DNA from: Gemmatimonadota bacterium | GTDB taxonomy: Bacteria > Gemmatimonadota > Gemmatimonadetes > Gemmatimonadales > GWC2-71-9 | NCBI GenBank assembly: GCA_039591655.1 | Contig: JBDHDE010000001.1 | Location: forward strand, 32,001-96,000 | DNA: 64,000 nt | Direction: 5' to 3' | Part shown: in pieces, positions 59,727-64,000 of the stretch | Layout: each line of letters begins with the position of its first letter | How positions within the stretch are numbered: position 1 is the first letter of the stretch | Notes under the pieces: generated by a model | Database searches by the model: none | What the model was told of the DNA's origin: nothing | What the model saw: only the letters and a program-made list of their open reading frames with translations | Position numbers and translations under genes: made by a program

Positions 59727-60901
59727 GAATTTCGTTCCGCCTGTGCCGCCACCTGAGCGACGTCCTTGTCACCCCGTCCGCTCAGGGTAAGCAGCACAGC
59801 GTCAGCTGCGGTCCACTCAACGCCCGAATCGAGTATCCACGCCAGAGCATGCGCGCTCTCTAGGGCCGGCAAGATACCCTCCATGCGACCGAGCGCGTCG
59901 AAGGCGTCAAGCGTCTGTTGGTCGGTCACCGTCAAATACTGCACTCTCCCGGAATCGCGCAAGTGCGCGTGCTCCGGCCCGACACCCGGGTAGTCGAGCC
60001 CGGCGGCAATAGAATGGGCCCCCGAAACCTGGCCGTCCGTGTCCTGTAGCACATAGCTGCGGCTGCCGTGCAGTACCCCAGGCCGCCCCGCCACGAGAGA
60101 GGCTGCGTGCCGGCCGCTCTCGAGGCCTTCACCCCCTGCCTCGACGCCGACCAGCCGCACCTCGGCGTCGTTCAGGAACGCGGCGAACATACCCAGGGCG
60201 TTCGACCCCCCACCCACACAGGCCACGACCCACTGGGGCAGCTGACCTACCCGCTCCAGGACCTGCTGGCGAGCCTCGCGGCCGATGACCGCCTGAAAGT
60301 CGCGCACCATCCGCGGAAACGGATCGGGGCCCACCACCGATCCGATCACGTAGTGCGTCGTCGTCACGTTGGTCACCCAATCCCGCAGCGCCTCGTTGGT
60401 GGCGTCCTTCAACGTCCGCGTGCCCGAGTGCACGGGCACCACCGTGGCGCCCAAGACCTCCATGCGGAAGACGTTCAACTGCTGCCGCTCCATGTCGCGC
60501 TTGCCCATGTACACCACGCACTCCAGGCCGAAGCGCGCACAGGCCGTGGCGGTGGCGACGCCGTGCTGCCCGGCACCCGTTTCCGCAATGATGCGCCGCT
60601 TGCCCATCCGGCGCGCCAGCAGGACCTGGCCCAGCGTGTTGTTGATCTTGTGCGCCCCGGTGTGGAGCAGATCCTCGCGCTTGAGCAGCACACGACACCC
60701 CACCCGCTCGGACAGCCGCGGCGCTTCGGACAGCGGTGTGGGCCGGCCCGCGTAGGTGCGGAGCAGATCGGTCAGCTCGTCCTGAAAGGAAGAATCCCGA
60801 GCGGCCTCGTCGTGCACCCGGGCCAGCTCCTCCAGGGCGGCGATCAGGGTCTCGGGCACGTAGCGGCCCCCGTACGGTCCGAAGCGCCCCAGCGCCTTCA
60901 C
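59723..60901 (-). CDS. trpB: Tryptophan synthase beta chain
   Basis: [58 protein letters not shown] and [11 protein letters not shown] 60901. Confidence 0.97.
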   Translation of the reverse strand: MKALGRFGPYGGRYVPETLIAALEELARVHDEAARDSSFQDELTDLLRTYAGRPTPLSEAPRLSERVGCRVLLKREDLLHTGAHKINNTLGQVLLARRMGKRRIIAETGAGQHGVATATACARFGLECVVYMGKRDMERQQLNVFRMEVLGATVVPVHSGTRTLKDATNEALRDWVTNVTTTHYVIGSVVGPDPFPRMVRDFQAVIGREARQQVLERVGQLPQWVVACVGGGSNALGMFAAFLNDAEVRLVGVEAGGEGLESGRHAASLVAGRPGVLHGSRSYVLQDTDGQVSGAHSIAAGLDYPGVGPEHAHLRDSGRVQYLTVTDQQTLDAFDALGRMEGILPALESAHALAWILDSGVEWTAADAVLLTLSGRGDKDVAQVAAQAERNS

Positions 60902-61737
60902 CGGCGATCTCCGGCCCGCGGCACCGAGGCACCGCCGGCATCCGGCCGGCCCCCGGGACGGCGTGGCACGCCGCACAGCTCCCCCGCGGCCCATGCGGGG
61001 TCCTGAGCCCGGGCCAGCGCAGTTCCCACCAGAACCGCATCGGCACCCCACTCGGCCACCCGCTGGACATCGTCTCGGGTGGCGAGCCCGCTCTCCGCCA
61101 CCGCGATGACCCCGGCCGGCACCCGCCGCAGGACCGGCTCGATGGCCGACAGATCCACCGCAAAGGTCTCGAGATCGCGGCTGTTGACGCCCACCGACTC
61201 GGGTTCCAGGGCGAGTACCCGGTCCAACTCCGCCGGGTCGTGGACCTCGAACAACCGGGCGAGCCCGAGCTCCTGGGCCGCGTGAGCGAGGTCTGCCAGG
61301 AGTACCCCCTCCAGGGCACGTGCGATGAGCAGCACCGCGCTCGCCCCGGCCGCCCGGGCCTCGTAGAGCTGCACCGGATCGATGATGAAATCCTTGCGCA
61401 GCAGTGGCACCTGCACCGCGCCGCGGACCTCCTCGAGATCGGCCAGGGAGCCCCCGAAGTGAGCTCCCTCGGTGAGTACCGAAATCGCCCGGGCCCCACC
61501 GGCGACGTAGGCCGAGGCCCGGGTGGCGGGCTCGAGGTCGCTGGCGATGGTGCCGGCCGACGGCGAGCGGCGCTTGATCTCCGCGATGAGCGCCACATCC
61601 GCGCCGACCAGCACCTCGCGCCACGCCGGGGGGACCGGCGCTGCGCTGGCCTCGGACTCGAGCTCGGCCGCGCGCCCCCGCAGAGCACGCACCTGTCGGC
61701 GCGTCGCCTCGAGGATATGGGGCAGCCCGGCCGTCAC
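60898..61737 (-). CDS. trpC: Indole-3-glycerol phosphate synthase
   Basis: [31 protein letters not shown] and AESG; likely GTG 61737. Confidence 0.95.
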   Translation of the reverse strand: MTAGLPHILEATRRQVRALRGRAAELESEASAAPVPPAWREVLVGADVALIAEIKRRSPSAGTIASDLEPATRASAYVAGGARAISVLTEGAHFGGSLADLEEVRGAVQVPLLRKDFIIDPVQLYEARAAGASAVLLIARALEGVLLADLAHAAQELGLARLFEVHDPAELDRVLALEPESVGVNSRDLETFAVDLSAIEPVLRRVPAGVIAVAESGLATRDDVQRVAEWGADAVLVGTALARAQDPAWAAGELCGVPRRPGGRPDAGGASVPRAGDRR

Positions 61738-61746
61738 GAGAAGTGT

Positions 61747-61794
61747 TTGCGCTTCGGGGTGTATTCGGGTATATTCATTTCGGCGTTCTTTCGG
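61747..61794 (+). promoter_or_regulatory. lexA promoter with two overlapping TTCGG-N6-TTCGG candidate operators
   Basis: TTGCGC (61747)-17 bp-TATATT (61770); TTCGG at 61753, 61764, 61779 and 61790. Confidence 0.65.
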
Positions 61795-61816
61795 TAACGG
61801 CTCGACAGGAGCGACG

Positions 61817-62425
61817 ATGCCCCTCACCCGCCGGCAGAAGGAAATCCTGGATTTCCTCCAAACCTATATATCAGAGCAGGGCTATGCCCCTTCGTTCGAG
61901 GAGATCGCAGAGCATTTCTCGTTCCGGTCCCTCGCCACGGTGCACGAGCACCTGACGAACCTCGAGCGCAAGGGGTACATCCAACGCGGCCACAATGAGA
62001 GTCGCGCCATCGAGATGGTACCGCCCCCGGGTCAGGCGGGTGCGACGGAGCTGCCACTGCTCGGTCAGGTCGCCGCCGGCGAGCCCATCGAGGCCACGGT
62101 GACCCCCGAGACCATATCCGTGCCCAACGACCTGATCCCTCGCCGCGGCGCCTGTTATGTACTGCGCGTCCGCGGTGAGTCGATGATAGAGGAGCACATC
62201 GAGAGTGGCGACTTCGTTGTCATCCACGGACGCGACGATGCCGACAACGGTGAGATGGTGGTGGCGCTGGTGGATGGCACCTCTGCCACGGTGAAGCGGT
62301 TCTACCGCGAGGCGGGCGGCTGGATCCGATTGCAGCCGGCCAATGAGAGCATCCGCCCCATCCGCGTCCATGAGGACAACGTGCTCATCCAGGGGGTCGT
62401 GGTGGGCGTCATCCGGAAGTACTGA
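61817..62425 (+). CDS. lexA: SOS repressor LexA
   Basis: LTRRQKEILDF, PSFEEI, VAAG (Ala-Gly cleavage site), GESM (Ser), ATVKR (Lys); AGGAG before ATG 61817. Confidence 0.97.
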   Translation: MPLTRRQKEILDFLQTYISEQGYAPSFEEIAEHFSFRSLATVHEHLTNLERKGYIQRGHNESRAIEMVPPPGQAGATELPLLGQVAAGEPIEATVTPETISVPNDLIPRRGACYVLRVRGESMIEEHIESGDFVVIHGRDDADNGEMVVALVDGTSATVKRFYREAGGWIRLQPANESIRPIRVHEDNVLIQGVVVGVIRKY

Positions 62426-63464
62426 CCGCACCATCGTCCCGCAGACGCTCCAGCGCCGCCGCGGCCGCCCCGTCCTCCAGCGCCCCGGCGGCGCGCTGCA
62501 TTGCGGCGGCGAGATCCGGCTCCAGGCCCGCGACATACACGGCGGCTCCCGCATTGAGTATCACCGCCGCTCGCCCCACCGGGTCCGCCGCAGGGTCGCT
62601 CAGCAGGCGGCGCACCCGGGAGGCGTTTGCCGCCGGATCACCGCCTGCCAGAGCCGCGACGTCATCCTGCCCCAGTCCGAAGGAGGCGGGATCGATGCTC
62701 CCGCTGCTCACCTGACCGCCCCGCACCTCCCAGTAGCTGGTCAACCCGGCGGGGGCGATCTCGTCCATGCCCACCGTGGCGTGGACCACCAGTGCGTGCT
62801 GGGCGCCGAGGCGCGCCAACGCGTCTGCCATCAGGGGAGCGCGCCGGGCATCGGCCACACCCACGAGCTGGCGACGCACACCCGCAGGGTTCGCCAAGGG
62901 CCCGACGATGTTCATGACGGTGGCGACGGCCAGCTCCCGGCGCACCGGGGCCACGTGCCGCATGGCGGGGTGAAATGCCGGAGCGAACAGGAACGCGATG
63001 CCGGCCCGGTCCAGGAGCTGCGCCGCGCGCTGTGCATCGCTGGCGATGTCCACGCCCAGAGCTTCCAGGACGTCCGCCGAGCCGCACTTCGAGGTATACG
63101 AGCGATTGCCGTGCTTGGCCACGACGGCGCCGGCGCCCGCCGCCACCAGGGCCGCGGCCGTGGAGATGTTGAAGGTGGTGACCTTCCCTCCCCCGGTGCC
63201 GCAGGTGTCTATCAGGTGGGCATCGTCGGGAACCGCCACCCGCACCATGGCGCCGCGCAACGCCCGCACCGCTCCTGCGATCTCCGCGGCGCTCTCTCCC
63301 CGCACACGCAGCCCCATGAGGAGTGCGCCTACCTGCGCGGGCGTGGCTTCGCCTCTCATGATCTGGTCGAAGGCCTCGTAGCTGAGGGACTCAGCCAGGC
63401 CTTCCCCGCTCGCCAGGGAGGTGAGGGCGTGCTGGATCGGCGTGTTGCGCTGCGCGCTGCTCAT
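62409..63464 (-). CDS. trpD: Anthranilate phosphoribosyltransferase
   Basis: DTCGTGG, TFNIST, KHGNRS.TSKCGSAD.LEALG, FAPAFHPAM and GPLANP. Confidence 0.97.
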   Translation of the reverse strand: MSSAQRNTPIQHALTSLASGEGLAESLSYEAFDQIMRGEATPAQVGALLMGLRVRGESAAEIAGAVRALRGAMVRVAVPDDAHLIDTCGTGGGKVTTFNISTAAALVAAGAGAVVAKHGNRSYTSKCGSADVLEALGVDIASDAQRAAQLLDRAGIAFLFAPAFHPAMRHVAPVRRELAVATVMNIVGPLANPAGVRRQLVGVADARRAPLMADALARLGAQHALVVHATVGMDEIAPAGLTSYWEVRGGQVSSGSIDPASFGLGQDDVAALAGGDPAANASRVRRLLSDPAADPVGRAAVILNAGAAVYVAGLEPDLAAAMQRAAGALEDGAAAAALERLRDDGAVSTSG

Positions 63465-63497
63465 GGCGACTCCCGTCGGGCGGTCCCCGGAGCACCT

Positions 63498-63526
63498 ATG
63501 ATCTGCGCTTGCCCCGCCACTGTCAA
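63498..63526 (-). promoter_or_regulatory. Possible sigma70 promoter of trpD
   Basis: TTGACA-17 bp-GATCAT (weak -10). Confidence 0.45.
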
Positions 63527-63548
63527 TCATCGCAAGTCATTGTCCTGC

Positions 63549-63577
63549 TTGCTGCTAGGGGACAGGCCCCATATCTT
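63549..63577 (+). promoter_or_regulatory. Possible leaderless promoter of truA
   Basis: TTGCTG-17 bp-TATCTT; 7 nt to ATG 63585. Confidence 0.55.
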
Positions 63578-63584
63578 GCCGCCC

Positions 63585-64000
63585 ATGCCCGGTGCACCCT
63601 ACTATGCCGTGCTGCACTACCTGGGCAGCGAATTCGCGGGCTGGCAGCGCCAGGCCTCCGAGCGCACCGCTCAGGAGGAGCTCGAGCGCATCCTCCAGCG
63701 ATTGGCGGGGCGTCGAGTCGTGACCCACGCCGCCGGCCGCACCGACGCCGGCGTGCACGCCCTGGGGCAGGTCGTGAGCTTCCGGCTCCCGCGACCGTGG
63801 GACTGTCCCGAGCTGCTGCGGGCGCTGCGGGCTCTCACGCCGCGGGACATGTGGGTGGCGCGCCTCGGCCCCACCCCGCAAGGCTTTAACGCGCGGCGGG
63901 ATGCCACGGCACGGCGGTATCGCTACGTCGTCGGCTGCGACGCGGCGGCATTCTCACCCTTCCGCCGGCCCCTCGAGTGGTCCCTCGGGGTTCCCCTCGA
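63585..64000 (+). CDS. truA: tRNA pseudouridine(38-40) synthase TruA, 3' truncated by window end
   Basis: Manual translation from ATG 63585: Y.G..FAGWQRQ, AGRTDAGVHALGQV, FNAR.DA..RRYRY. Confidence 0.93.
   Translation, partial: MPGAPYYAVLHYLGSEFAGWQRQASERTAQEELERILQRLAGRRVVTHAAGRTDAGVHALGQVVSFRLPRPWDCPELLRALRALTPRDMWVARLGPTPQGFNARRDATARRYRYVVGCDAAAFSPFRRPLEWSLGVPL

Noticed and set aside
59723..61624. Apparent 633-aa TrpB with a long N-terminal extension (possible trpC-trpB fusion or frameshift)
   Set aside because: The extension is an alternative frame of trpC; TrpB homology starts at GTG 60901, which overlaps the trpC stop normally
60898..63464. Absence of trpE, trpG and trpF as evidence of pathway loss
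   Set aside because: These genes may lie elsewhere in the genome; this cannot be judged from one window

Overview
GC-rich, gene-dense core chromosomal segment. The gene content and protein style (Ser/Thr kinase with zinc ribbon and PEGA-like domain, BTAD-NTPase, HEAT/HD-GYP pair) suggest a Gemmatimonadota-like bacterium; this is inference only. From left to right it holds: a beta-oxidation/acyl-CoA operon with a DASS transporter and dat; a kinase convergent with a membrane BTAD-STAND regulator; rng/rne-rplU-rpmA; proX; nfeD-floA-yqfB-like-ACAD; a membrane spermidine-synthase-like protein; a short recQ; a long minus-strand run (aspS-phoH-7TM-HD-ybeY-2xCNNM-DUF502-mgtE-meaB-acyl-CoA mutase-baeRF-B12 subunit-carboxyltransferase-TPPII-like S8-atuA pair-ECH-lipoprotein-GNAT-MBL); an OM barrel gene with rlmN; and trpD-[lexA antisense]-trpC-trpB-HEAT-HD-GYP-trpA-MCP-folB-folK-panB-panC-yqeK-LytR_C, followed by partial truA. 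I saw no CRISPR array, rRNA, tRNA or mobile element. The best leads are: (i) a candidate sigma54/IHF-driven structured ncRNA at about 20710-20830; (ii) a candidate direct-repeat LexA box over the lexA promoter, with lexA antisense inside the trp cluster; (iii) a HEAT + HD-GYP pair with a shared N-terminal domain splitting trpB from trpA; (iv) an isobutyryl-CoA-mutase-type enzyme whose two subunit genes flank an eRF1-like gene.
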